A stretch of 64,000 bases of DNA from Spirochaetaceae bacterium (GCA_007693325.1 REDW01000116.1:3609-67608), one strand, 5' to 3'. Counted from the first letter of the stretch, positions 1-8,930 are shown. The notes: generated by a model not told the origin, from the letters alone. Numbers and translations are program-made.

Positions 1-48
1 TTGCACGTATCAAATGTGAAACAATCGTCAAACGGGAAAAGGCGTTCC

Positions 49-918
49 ATGGAAAAGAAAGGTGTAGTTCTACAGTTCCTCGCGGTTCCGTTCGCCGTCT
101 ATCTGCTGGTGATCATCATACCGTTCCTGCAATCTCTCTACCTGAGCCTGACCGACTGGAACGGCATCTCCGAGACTTTTGATTTCGTCGGTCTTGCCAA
201 CTACCTGCTGGTGTTCAGCGATCGCGCTTTCAGTGCAGCGGTGCTGCATAACTTTATCTGGGTTACCGTCTTTCTCCTGCTGCCCACCCTGCTGGGCTTG
301 CTTCTGGCCGTATTGCTGGATAAGGATATCCGAGGTGCGGTTGTCTTCAAGTCCATCATATACCTGCCCATGATCTTCTCTTACGTCATTGCGGGGATGG
401 TCTGGACATTTATCTATGAACCGAGACTGGGGATTCTCAACCTCTCGCTCGAGGCCGCCGGTTTGCCACAGCTGACGCGCGCCTGGCTTGCAGAACCGGG
501 TACCGCTCTCTTGTCGGTGATCGTGGCCGCCGCGTGGCAACACACGGGGCTGTGCATGATCCTTTTTCTCGCAGGTCTGCAAAGCGTTCGGGCCGACCTG
601 ATCGAGGCCGCGGAAATCGACGGCGCCAATCGGATACAGCTGTTTCTTGGCGTAGTCCTTCCGCAATTGAAGAACACCACGATCGTGGTTGTTTCGTTAA
701 CCGTGATAAACTCGTTAAAGAGTTTTGATATAGTTTATATAATGACAAGAGGAGGGCCGTTTCGCTCCTCCGAGGTTCTTACAACGCTCATGTATCGCGA
801 AGCATTCTGGAACTACCGTATGGGATACGGAAGCGCCATAGCGAATATGCTGTTCTTCATGGTTCTGATAATCATCGTTGTCTACTTCCGATCGGTCATG
901 CAGAGGAACCAGACGTGA
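49..918 (+). CDS. ABC transporter permease, MalF/UgpA-type (carbohydrate uptake family)
   Basis: ORF track 1..918 opens at the window edge with TTG. First ATG at 49, preceded by GGAAAAGG, gives 289 aa. Several hydrophobic TM stretches. EAA-loop signature IEAAEIDGANRIQLFLGVVLPQL. True start could lie at or upstream of nt 1. Confidence 0.85.
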   Translation: MEKKGVVLQFLAVPFAVYLLVIIIPFLQSLYLSLTDWNGISETFDFVGLANYLLVFSDRAFSAAVLHNFIWVTVFLLLPTLLGLLLAVLLDKDIRGAVVFKSIIYLPMIFSYVIAGMVWTFIYEPRLGILNLSLEAAGLPQLTRAWLAEPGTALLSVIVAAAWQHTGLCMILFLAGLQSVRADLIEAAEIDGANRIQLFLGVVLPQLKNTTIVVVSLTVINSLKSFDIVYIMTRGGPFRSSEVLTTLMYREAFWNYRMGYGSAIANMLFFMVLIIIVVYFRSVMQRNQT

Positions 919-1766
919 AGTCCCTGGCACAGTATAAGCGCGAGGCCGCGGCGTACCGCGCAGTTGTTTATTTTGCTGTCATCCTTTTCTGCGTGATCTT
1001 TCTCGTTCCGATCTACGGGGCGTTGACCACCGCGTTTCGACTGAATCGGGAAATTATCCGCGACGGATTCTGGAAGCCGCCGCTTCCCCCGGTGCTGGAC
1101 AATTTTGCAACCGCCTTCATGCAGGGGAACATCCACGTCTTCCTCACCAACACGGTTATCGTCACGGTTGCCGCAACCGCTATATCGATCGGGCTTGGGT
1201 GTCTCACCGGCTATGCGTTTGGCAAGCTGCGGTTTGGGTTCAGTCGGTCGCTGTTCATACTGATTGTCGCGGGAATGTTTTTTCCTCCGCAGACCGTGCT
1301 CATCCCGCTCTTTCGTGTGTTTAACTCTCTGAACCTTCTCGATACTCTGGGGGCGCTCGTGATCGTGCACGTTGGTTTTGGACTTCCGATCTGTACGTTG
1401 ATCCTTGCCAGTTTCTTCCGTGATATCCCCGATGAGTTGCGCAGTTCCGCGAAGATGGACGGGTGTAACGAGAGAACGATCCTGCTCAGGATCATGTTGC
1501 CGCTGGCCAGGCCGGCGATCACGGCGTTGATGATCCTGCAGTTCACCTGGATCTGGAACGATTTTCTCTGGCCCTTGGTACTGATCAAGACCAGTACCAA
1601 GATGACAATTCAGATGGGCGTCATGCAGCTGCGAGGCCAGTACGGACTTGCCTGGGGCAGCCAGGCGGCAGCATTCATGATCGCGACAATACCGACGCTT
1701 CTACTCTTTATCTTCATGCAGCGGCATTTTATTCGAGGACTCTCTATGGGAGCGGTAAAGGAATGA
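915..1766 (+). CDS. ABC transporter permease, MalG/UgpE-type
   Basis: GTG start overlaps the upstream stop (GTGA 915-918). 283 aa, TM-rich. EAA-type loop SSAKMDGCNERTILLRIMLPLARPA. Confidence 0.85.
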   Translation: MKSLAQYKREAAAYRAVVYFAVILFCVIFLVPIYGALTTAFRLNREIIRDGFWKPPLPPVLDNFATAFMQGNIHVFLTNTVIVTVAATAISIGLGCLTGYAFGKLRFGFSRSLFILIVAGMFFPPQTVLIPLFRVFNSLNLLDTLGALVIVHVGFGLPICTLILASFFRDIPDELRSSAKMDGCNERTILLRIMLPLARPAITALMILQFTWIWNDFLWPLVLIKTSTKMTIQMGVMQLRGQYGLAWGSQAAAFMIATIPTLLLFIFMQRHFIRGLSMGAVKE

Positions 1767-1770
1767 ACGT

Positions 1771-3648
1771 ATGACAAGTCACCTTGAACGGCGCGAGAGG
1801 CGTGCCGGGCTTATTCGGGAGTCCGGGTCGATGCAACAGGCACTTGAGGCCGGAACGATCGAGCAGTTTCAGGATGTCACACTGAGCGAGGCGCTCGTGC
1901 TCGGTTTGCTCAATCAGGGCGTGCGGAGGTATGTCGGCGTTTTCGGACACGGAAGCACCGACATCGCCGAGGTTCTCCGGACCTATCAGCAGGCGGGGCT
2001 TCTGCGCGTCTTCAATGTCCGACACGAAACAGAGGCGTCGCATGCGGCAGCGCAGTTGCGTTGGCAGTATGGAGAGCGGGCGGCGGTGATAACCTCGATT
2101 GGCCCCGGTGCGCTGCACGCGTTTGCCGGTTCCCTCGTAGCGCAGTCCAACGGCCTGGGGGTGTACTACATCTTCGGCGACGAGACGACGCACAACGAGG
2201 GTCCCAATATGCAACAGATTGCGCGGCGGGAGCAGGATCTGTTTCTGCGACTGACGTCGACGATGGGCGGAGCCTATTCGCTTGGTACGCCCGAAGCGGT
2301 GTTCACTGCGCTGAAGTGGGGCTATAACTCCGTCTTCAGTCCTGCCCGGGAAGAACCATTCTTTCTGTTGCTTCCCATGAACGTCCAAGGACAGATCATC
2401 AAGGGAATGAACCTGGCCGAACTGCCGCTGTCGACACAAATCGCCAGCGAAATTCCCGCCGATAAGGCCAGTTGCACTGCCGCAGCGGAAATCATCCGGC
2501 GGTATCGACGTATCACGCTAAAGGTCGGCGGCGGAGCGCGCACGCTGCAGCCGGATGTGCTTGCACGGTTTCTCGATCTATCCGGCGCGGTCTACGTCCA
2601 TGGGCCGCAGGTACCGGGCATTCTCCCCGATAGTCATGAACGAAACATGACCGTGGGCGGATCCAAGGGATCGATTTCGGGAAACTTCGCGATGGAAAAC
2701 TGTGAGCTTGCGATAATCATCGGCGCCCGAGGTGTCTGCCAGTGGGACAGTTCGGGGACCGCCTGGCGCACTACCAGGGAAATCATCAATATCAATACCC
2801 GACTGGAGGATGCAATGCACTACAATCGGTCGTTTCCGCTGGTCGGGGATTGTACGACCGTCCTGCGACAGCTGAATGCGATCCTGGAAGGCGGTGCGGC
2901 TGCTACCCGGGATGACTGGCACATCCTGTGTCAGCGAAAGCGCGCAGAGTGGGATGATTTCAGGCAGAAGCGTATCGACAATCCGCTGATTTACGATTCC
3001 AAATGGGGTCGGCAGCTGCTCACACAACCGGCGGTCCTGGACCGGGCGATCAGGTTTGCCGATTCTCGTGAGGCGGTGAAGATCTTTGACGCCGGAGATG
3101 TCCAGGCCAACGGGTTTCAGCTGGTGCGCGATTATCAGCCTCGCAGGACGTTTACCGATACCGGATCGTCGTACATGGGCTTCGCGGTCTCGGCGCTGCT
3201 CGCTTCGGCCATGAGCGAATCGCCGGACTACTCTATTGCGTTCACGGGCGACGGCAGCTTTCTCATGTCGCCCCAAATCCTGCTCGACGCGGTGCAATTC
3301 AACGTGCGCGGCATGATAGTGCTGCTTGACAACCGGCGGATGGCGGCTATCAGTGGCCTGCAGACCGCCCAGTACGGAGCAGATTTTGCTACTGACGATC
3401 AGGTGAATGTTGACTACGTGCAGCTGGCCCGCGCGTTCACGGGAGTCTCGGCCTTTGGAGGTGTGGAGACGCTCGCCGAGCTCGATGATGCTCTCTCGGC
3501 GGCGTACCAGTACGACGGGTTGTCGATCGTCTACGTTCCAGTCTACAGCGGGCCGGACGACCTCGGTGGATTGGGCGTATTCGGAAGTTGGAATGTAGGC
3601 AACTGGTGTGACCAGGTTCAATCAGAAAAACACAGAATAGGATTGTGA
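1771..3648 (+). CDS. Thiamine-diphosphate-dependent enzyme, acetolactate synthase/IolD-like
   Basis: 625 aa. ThDP/Mg motif GDGSFLMSPQILLDAVQFNVRGMIVLLDNRRM. Three-domain length typical of the ALS/IolD family. Sits 4 nt after the permease gene and 3 nt before a Gfo/Idh/MocA dehydrogenase. Exact reaction not assignable by eye. Confidence 0.8.
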   Translation: MTSHLERRERRAGLIRESGSMQQALEAGTIEQFQDVTLSEALVLGLLNQGVRRYVGVFGHGSTDIAEVLRTYQQAGLLRVFNVRHETEASHAAAQLRWQYGERAAVITSIGPGALHAFAGSLVAQSNGLGVYYIFGDETTHNEGPNMQQIARREQDLFLRLTSTMGGAYSLGTPEAVFTALKWGYNSVFSPAREEPFFLLLPMNVQGQIIKGMNLAELPLSTQIASEIPADKASCTAAAEIIRRYRRITLKVGGGARTLQPDVLARFLDLSGAVYVHGPQVPGILPDSHERNMTVGGSKGSISGNFAMENCELAIIIGARGVCQWDSSGTAWRTTREIININTRLEDAMHYNRSFPLVGDCTTVLRQLNAILEGGAAATRDDWHILCQRKRAEWDDFRQKRIDNPLIYDSKWGRQLLTQPAVLDRAIRFADSREAVKIFDAGDVQANGFQLVRDYQPRRTFTDTGSSYMGFAVSALLASAMSESPDYSIAFTGDGSFLMSPQILLDAVQFNVRGMIVLLDNRRMAAISGLQTAQYGADFATDDQVNVDYVQLARAFTGVSAFGGVETLAELDDALSAAYQYDGLSIVYVPVYSGPDDLGGLGVFGSWNVGNWCDQVQSEKHRIGL

Positions 3649-3651
3649 ACA

Positions 3652-4818
3652 ATGGACAAGATCAACGTTGGCTTCATCGGATTAGGCAGAATTTCCGACC
3701 TGCACGCGCTGGGCTACAGGGATAACCCTGAAGCTCGTATATACGCTGTCAGCACCAGAACAGAACAGACCGGACGGCAGAAGCAGGCCGAATGGGGCGC
3801 GGAGAAGTTCTACCTGGATTATCACGACATGCTCGCCGACCCGAACATCGACGCCGTTGAAATCCTGACGCCACAGAAGCTGCACGAACCCATGGTTGTG
3901 GAAGCGGCCGCGGCGGGCAAACACATCATGGTGCAGAAGCCGATGACAATAGATCTTCCGAGTGCCAATCGCATGCTGACCGCGGTCGCCGCATCCGATC
4001 GCGTGTACAAGGTGATCGAGAATTACATCTTCTATCCGCCGCTGCAGAAAGCCAAAGAGATGATTGACAGCGGCCTGATCGGCGACCCGATAAACCTCCG
4101 GATCAAGTTCATCAGCGGCTCAAGCGGAGGATGGGAGATCGATCCGCGAACATGGGAGTGGCGTCTGCAGGAGAATATCGAGGGGCGCGGGATGCAGACG
4201 TTTGACCACGGCCACCACATGTGGTGTCTTGCCTGGTACCTGCTGGGTGAAATCGATCGGGTCTTCGCCTGGATTGACTCGGCCGATGGGATCGTTGACT
4301 GTCCGGCAAACATCATCTGGAAGTACAAGGACGGCATCAGGTACGGCAGCTGCGATTATACGCACTGCGGGGACATGAACATGCCCTCCAACTATTACGC
4401 TAATGACGAGTGGTTTGAGATAACCGGTTCTCGCGGGATCATTCTGGTCAATCGGGCTACGGGCAACCTCAAGAGTGGCCCCGTGCTCAGCCACTTTGAT
4501 GGAAGCCGGTGGAACCATTTTGACGACCTGGACTCCGATTGGGCGGCGGGATTCAAGAATGCGACACAGAATTTCATTGCCGCGATTCGCGGTCGCGAAG
4601 AACCGTTGCTGAGCGGAGAACAAGCACGGGAGATTCTGAAAATCGCGCTGGCGATTATCCGTTCGTCAAATGAACGGCGCGAGGTCTTCATCGACGAGCT
4701 CGAGCAGCAAGACCCCGAAAGATACACCCGGGAGCGGCGGCAGCGGGAAATCCAGGAGACCAATGGTCGCAAGGGGTTGACGATTGAGGAACTCAAGGAG
4801 AGGGGACGGTTATTGTGA
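3652..4818 (+). CDS. Gfo/Idh/MocA family oxidoreductase
   Basis: 388 aa. N-terminal Rossmann fold INVGFIGLGRISDLHALGY. Family motif HIMVQKPMT (EKP-type). Confidence 0.85.
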   Translation: MDKINVGFIGLGRISDLHALGYRDNPEARIYAVSTRTEQTGRQKQAEWGAEKFYLDYHDMLADPNIDAVEILTPQKLHEPMVVEAAAAGKHIMVQKPMTIDLPSANRMLTAVAASDRVYKVIENYIFYPPLQKAKEMIDSGLIGDPINLRIKFISGSSGGWEIDPRTWEWRLQENIEGRGMQTFDHGHHMWCLAWYLLGEIDRVFAWIDSADGIVDCPANIIWKYKDGIRYGSCDYTHCGDMNMPSNYYANDEWFEITGSRGIILVNRATGNLKSGPVLSHFDGSRWNHFDDLDSDWAAGFKNATQNFIAAIRGREEPLLSGEQAREILKIALAIIRSSNERREVFIDELEQQDPERYTRERRQREIQETNGRKGLTIEELKERGRLL

Positions 4819-4982
4819 AGATCTGAATACCTGATGAGCATGTGAACTGCGGATCGGGGCAAAGAAATCGATAGTCAGTGTGCTCTGCGTCGCCTGCTGG
4901 GGAGGTGCGCGCAGACGGTCTACGTCATCTATTGCCGCAAGAAGCTTCCATTTGCACGGCGCCCCGACGGGCAACGTATCAA

Positions 4983-5334
4983 TGGAGGTGGGGGGAGTCG
5001 AACCCCCGTCCTAAAGAGCGAGGCATACGCGTCTACAGGTTTAGTTGCCGGTTGTTGTTTCGGGAAGAGCAAGGTCCGGCAACCAACCGTCTCCTCCCTG
5101 AGTCCGCGGTGATGTCCCCTCTGCCGTGCGGACGCGACAGCGGGTAAGTCCTGATTTCTGTCAAGCGATCCCGACGCTCAGAACGGCGCATCGGGTGCCC
5201 GTGACCGTTAGCTTACGCTGCGGCCAGAGTATAGTCTGCTTCGTTGGCAGCTATAAAGGTTTGCTTTTAAGGAGTTGGCTCTCCACCTGCAACGTATACC
5301 CGGACAACTCTCCAGTCGAAACCGTGACACCCCC
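4983..5334 (-). ncRNA. ssrA: tmRNA (transfer-messenger RNA)
   Basis: Reverse complement starts GGGGGUGUCACGGUUUCGACUGG and ends GGGGGUUCGACUCCCCCCACCUCCA. This gives a 7 bp acceptor stem with G3:U, a T-arm GGGGG/UUCGACU/CCCCC and discriminator A. It carries an internal tag ORF ending GCCGCAGCGUAA. CCA is not encoded (next nt are UU). Confidence 0.95.
5213..5248 (-). other. tmRNA tag-peptide reading frame (predicted ANEADYTLAAA + UAA)
   Basis: Minus-strand reading AUAGCU GCC AAC GAA GCA GAC UAU ACU CUG GCC GCA GCG UAA. Resume codon placed by analogy with E. coli AUAGUC GCA AAC. If resumption is one codon earlier (GCU, 5249-5251) the tag is AANEADYTLAAA. Confidence 0.7.
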
Positions 5335-5353
5335 GTACGGGGACTACAATCAA

Positions 5354-5382
5354 AAGATACCGCTGTACCGGCGGCTTGTCAA
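5354..5382 (-). promoter_or_regulatory. Sigma70-like promoter for ssrA (TTGACA-17-TATCTT)
   Basis: Minus strand: TTGACA (5382-5377), 17 nt spacer, TATCTT (5359-5354). The -10 element ends 19 nt upstream of the mature tmRNA 5' end. Confidence 0.45.
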
Positions 5383-5412
5383 TCCTACCACGCAATGGCT
5401 ATCTTCAGGGGC

Positions 5413-5937
5413 ATGAGCAGAGTATTCGCCGGCGCCGCTGCGGTTGCCGTTGCGCTTCTGGTAGTCAACGGCTGCGCTCCTGAACGCGTGGATGAGGCCT
5501 ACGCTCCGTCGCGCGCGTTCTCGCGCTACCGCCACGCGTTGATAGATATGGGTGTTGACCGCGCCGAGCTGGGATCACGGTGGCTGGATGCCGCAGAGAC
5601 GGCCCTGCAGCAACCCGAGCGGGTTGACCTGCCGCTGTCCTATACGCTGATCTTTGACCCGGCGGAGCCCGAGGCGGCTGCGTTTGAGTTCAGGGTCAGG
5701 CGCGGTCAGACGGTTGTAATCCGGGTCCAGCCCGACGTCCGTCCACCGCTGCTGTTTGCGGATCTCTATCGTCTGGACGCCGACCGCGAAGATCCGCCGC
5801 AGAAGGTTGCCTCGCTCGACCGGCAGAACGGCCGCCTCGAGTTTCGAGCGCGCCGCGAGGCAGTCTATCAGTTCCGGTTGCAGCCCGAGATAGCGCGAGG
5901 CGGGCGGGTGCGCGTGGAGATTGAGTCTGCGTCGTAG
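5413..5937 (+). CDS. Hypothetical lipoprotein/exported protein
   Basis: ORF track 5275..5937, but its 5' part overlaps ssrA and its promoter. Internal ATG at 5413 (alt 5395) gives MSRVFAGAAAVAVALLVVNGC, a signal peptide with a lipobox-like VNGC. No recognisable domain. Confidence 0.6.
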   Translation: MSRVFAGAAAVAVALLVVNGCAPERVDEAYAPSRAFSRYRHALIDMGVDRAELGSRWLDAAETALQQPERVDLPLSYTLIFDPAEPEAAAFEFRVRRGQTVVIRVQPDVRPPLLFADLYRLDADREDPPQKVASLDRQNGRLEFRARREAVYQFRLQPEIARGGRVRVEIESAS

Positions 5938-5952
5938 GCCGGCGCCGCGCGA

Positions 5953-6729
5953 TCAATCGAGCAGCGCCAGGAGCTGTTCATGGACCTTCGGCGTTGCTGC
6001 AATCAGGTTATCGCCTAGCGGCGAGCGGTTTCCGCTGAAATCGCTGGCGCGGCCGCCGGCCTCCTCAATAATTGGATACATCGGCGCTACGTCCCAGATT
6101 GCCATGATCGGGTCCAGGCAGGCGTCCGCGCGTCCGGTGGCAACCAGCAGATAGCCGTGAGCGTCCGACCAGGTGCGCATCGAACCGATAGCGTGCAGCA
6201 GCCGATTGGTAAAATCCGGCTTGCGCCGCGCCAGGTCTGCCGGGTCGCAGGTGTGCACCCAGGCCTGGTTCAACTCGCTGCTGGCGCGTACGCGCGTAGG
6301 ATTGCCGTTGTAGAAGCATCCGCCTCCCTGCCACGCCCAGACGGTCTCCTGCAGAATTGGATTGTGGATAACCCCCAGCAGCGGTGTCTGGTTCCAGGTG
6401 AGTGCGATCAGCTGAGTGTAGAGCGGCACGCTGTGGATGAACGACTTGGTGCCGTCGATTGGATCGATGATCCAGCGCCACGCTGACTGCGGGCCGTCGA
6501 GCCCGGCTTCTTCACCGAGTACCGCGTGATCGGGAAACCGGCTGCGCAAACGGCTACGGATCAGTATCTCGGTTTCGCGGTCTGCTACGGTGACCGGGGA
6601 ATCATCGGGTTTCTGCTCAACCGCGATGTTGCGGCGGTAATACTGCTTTGTCAGCTCGCCGGCCTCGCGCGCGATCTCCACTGCGGCTGCGGCGTAGGCG
6701 GCCAGTTCGGCCTGTGATGCCTTGTTCAT
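5953..6729 (-). CDS. Inositol monophosphatase family protein (SuhB/HisN-like)
   Basis: Motifs VLGEEAG, WIIDPIDGTKSF, WDVAP. ATG at 6729 is preceded by GGGAG; the ORF-track start at 6750 is TTG. Confidence 0.85.
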   Translation of the reverse strand: MNKASQAELAAYAAAAVEIAREAGELTKQYYRRNIAVEQKPDDSPVTVADRETEILIRSRLRSRFPDHAVLGEEAGLDGPQSAWRWIIDPIDGTKSFIHSVPLYTQLIALTWNQTPLLGVIHNPILQETVWAWQGGGCFYNGNPTRVRASSELNQAWVHTCDPADLARRKPDFTNRLLHAIGSMRTWSDAHGYLLVATGRADACLDPIMAIWDVAPMYPIIEEAGGRASDFSGNRSPLGDNLIAATPKVHEQLLALLD

Positions 6730-6753
6730 CGTTGTCACTCCCGTTGGCAAATC

Positions 6754-7221
6754 TCAGTAGCGGCCGCTCATCTCGCGATCGGCGTCGCGCTTCTGGTCAC
6801 GTTCCTTGATGCTTTCGCGCTTGTCGTAGCTCTTCTTGCCGCGGCACACTCCGAGCTCGACCTTGATCCGGCCGCCCTTGAGGTAGATCCGCAACGGGAT
6901 CAGGGTGAAGCCGCGTTCCTCCACCTTGCGCTTGAGACGCTTGAGCTCTTGCCGATGGATCAGCAGTTTGCGGTCGCGCAGCGGATCGTGGTTGTTGATG
7001 TTGCCGTGGGTGTACTCGCTGATGTGCAACCCTATCAGCCACAGCTCTTCATCGCGAATCCTGGCGTACGAGTCCGAGAAAGAGAACTTGCCGCCGCGCA
7101 ACGACTTGACTTCGGTGCCCTGCAGTACAATGCCACACTCGAGATTCTCTTCAACCGAGTAGTCGTAAAAGGCGCGCCGGTTCCTGGCCAGCAGCTTGGT
7201 TGCACTCGACTCCGCGGCCAT
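6754..7221 (-). CDS. smpB: SsrA-binding protein SmpB
   Basis: Strong SmpB-like sequence: NRRAFYDYSVEENLECGIVLQGTEVKSLR...LLIHRQELKRLKRKVEERGFTLIPLRIYLKGGRIKVELGVCRGKKSYDKR. ATG at 7221 shares one nt with the upstream stop (TAATG). The ORF-track N-terminal extension to 7329 is rejected. Confidence 0.95.
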   Translation of the reverse strand: MAAESSATKLLARNRRAFYDYSVEENLECGIVLQGTEVKSLRGGKFSFSDSYARIRDEELWLIGLHISEYTHGNINNHDPLRDRKLLIHRQELKRLKRKVEERGFTLIPLRIYLKGGRIKVELGVCRGKKSYDKRESIKERDQKRDADREMSGRY

Positions 7222-8870
7222 TACGGCTCCTGTGACAGCACCGGACGGAAGCCCAGAAAGGCGGAGGCACGCTGCGGCGGCTGCGATCCGCGCGATATCC
7301 CGCTGATGGTCTGGCTGCTGTTTGCCCACGATCCGCCGCGCACGGCTCGCTCGGCGGAGCGCAACTGACCAGTTGCGCGATAGGGAGAGTACGGGTGCTG
7401 CCGGCTGAGGTAGTCAGCCGGACGATACCAGTCTGCGGTCCAGTGCCAGACATTGCCCAGCAGATCATAGATCTCGAACTGTCCGGCACCGAACTGTGCC
7501 ACCGGATACGGAGCCGATTGCTCTGCGCTGCGGCGGAAACCGGACTCGTAGCCTTCGGACGCATTGGCGAGAATTGCCCACTCGTACTCTTCTTCGTACG
7601 GCAGGCGCGCGCTCCAGCCGTCCAGTGCCGGCGGTAGCCGAGTGGAGAGCCACTCGGTATACGCAACCGCGGCGGGGTGAGAAACCTCATTGGCCGGCAG
7701 TGCACCGTCGTCTGGGTCATCCGACGCGTAGCCCCAGCTGCGCAGGTAGTCCCGGTCGGCAAGTCCATCCTGGATCAGCGCATCACGGTTGTCTTCGCGC
7801 CAGAAAGGTGCGTCGGCCAGGAAGCTACGGAAGGCGGCGCGGGTTACCGGCGTCTGCTGGATGTAGAACTCGGCTACTTCGGCCAGATGCGGGCGGTCAA
7901 GCGTTTGTTCAGTGCGTCCGTTGGCACCGTCGGCGGCCATACCCATCACAAACGTGCCTCCTGCCAGGTGCCGAAATGCGGCGCCGTCTACGCTGATCCA
8001 GCCGGCGGAATCTACCATGGGGCCGCCCTCGGTAGTAAACGGCAGCAGGCGCGTTGTGTGCTGTTCCAGGCTGTCGCGGTACCAGTCGGAGCTCTGCAAC
8101 TGATCGCGAAGCTCGCCGGGCAACGCGGCGCCAAGAAGCGCTGCCAGGTTAGGCCGGGTTTCCACCGCGTCAGCCAGCGCGGCAAACACCTCGAGCATAT
8201 GCAGCGGCAGCACTGCGTTGCCTTCAGAGGCTGCCAGTGCGCTCGCGCGCAGGTAATCGCGCAACATGGCGTCTGAGCGAACGTCGGCCAGTGCAGCTTG
8301 CAGCAGCGGTTGACCGTAGTCAACGAGCGCCCGGCGGTCGGAAGCCAGGTCGCTGACCCCGTGCGACAGTATCCACGGAAACTGGTACTGCGCGCTTGCC
8401 GAGCCGATAATTGCCCAGCCGGCGTACTCGGCGCTGACCGCGTTGGCCAGTGCCCGCGCATCGCTCAGCTGCAGTTGCTGATGCAGCTGCAGCCGCGCCG
8501 GGAAGAAGCGGCTGCCGATCAGTCGATTGGGTACGCGAACCTCGCTCTGATGCGTCTCGAAGTGCGGGCGCCGATATTCTATCCGGCGCGTACCCGCGGG
8601 CAGGTGCAACTGAATCGGCGTAGCGCCGATTCGGCGGCCATCAACGTAGACCGACGCGCCGCTGGGTGTGCTGCGAAGTTCAACCTGTGCGCCCGGAGAG
8701 CGGACCCCCGGAAGCAGCAGCAGATAGAAAAGCACCAGTATAATTATCAGGCCGAGAAGCGCCGGCAACCAGGTCTGCGGCGGCATCCCGAACAGCGGTT
8801 TGAGATGCACACGCACGGAATCGGGATCAACGCGAGGCTGCTTGCTTTTTTTTGCCATATGCGCGTGCAT
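7221..8870 (-). CDS. Membrane-anchored PEGA-domain / SUMF1-EgtB-PvdO (FGE-sulfatase) family protein
   Basis: 549 aa. N-terminal TM WLPALLGLIIILVLFYLLLLPG. PEGA-like LRSTPSGASVYVDGRRIGATP. C-terminal FGE-family motifs VSHPAAVAYTEWL, LLGNVWHWTADWY, RAVRGGSWANS. Alternative ATG at 8858. Confidence 0.8.
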   Translation of the reverse strand: MHAHMAKKSKQPRVDPDSVRVHLKPLFGMPPQTWLPALLGLIIILVLFYLLLLPGVRSPGAQVELRSTPSGASVYVDGRRIGATPIQLHLPAGTRRIEYRRPHFETHQSEVRVPNRLIGSRFFPARLQLHQQLQLSDARALANAVSAEYAGWAIIGSASAQYQFPWILSHGVSDLASDRRALVDYGQPLLQAALADVRSDAMLRDYLRASALAASEGNAVLPLHMLEVFAALADAVETRPNLAALLGAALPGELRDQLQSSDWYRDSLEQHTTRLLPFTTEGGPMVDSAGWISVDGAAFRHLAGGTFVMGMAADGANGRTEQTLDRPHLAEVAEFYIQQTPVTRAAFRSFLADAPFWREDNRDALIQDGLADRDYLRSWGYASDDPDDGALPANEVSHPAAVAYTEWLSTRLPPALDGWSARLPYEEEYEWAILANASEGYESGFRRSAEQSAPYPVAQFGAGQFEIYDLLGNVWHWTADWYRPADYLSRQHPYSPYRATGQLRSAERAVRGGSWANSSQTISGISRGSQPPQRASAFLGFRPVLSQEP

Positions 8871-8930
8871 TATAGGAAGCGCGTCCTTGCCTTGTCAACG
8901 ATTCATGATCCATGATAGCGTGCCACAGCA

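Noticed and set aside
4831-4847. CUGAUGAG...GAA string resembling the hammerhead ribozyme core, in the gap downstream of the oxidoreductase gene.
   Set aside because: The intervening GCAUGU cannot form a stem II, and no stem I/III partners or cleavage-site context are present. This is a chance match.
1-4982. Possibility that the ABC/ThDP/oxidoreductase block is a genomic island integrated at the tmRNA 3' end.
   Set aside because: There is no integrase or mobility gene between nt 1 and ssrA. I saw no duplicated copy of the tmRNA 3' end in the block, and composition looks like the rest of the window. This cannot be excluded without the upstream sequence.
4819-4982. Searched the 164 nt gap downstream of ssrA for an intrinsic terminator, SRP RNA or 6S RNA.
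   Set aside because: Only weak hairpins are present (GCCC-GUCG-GGGC; UCUGCG with a 20 nt loop), with no U-tract. No SRP-like GGAAG/AGCAG domain IV motif is present. I make no call.
4878-5416. ORFs 4878..5147 and 5126..5416, and the first 40-46 codons of ORF 5275..5937.
   Set aside because: They are read across the tmRNA gene and its promoter. The RNA gene explains the sequence conservation. The lipoprotein ORF has a sensible signal-peptide start at 5413, downstream of ssrA.
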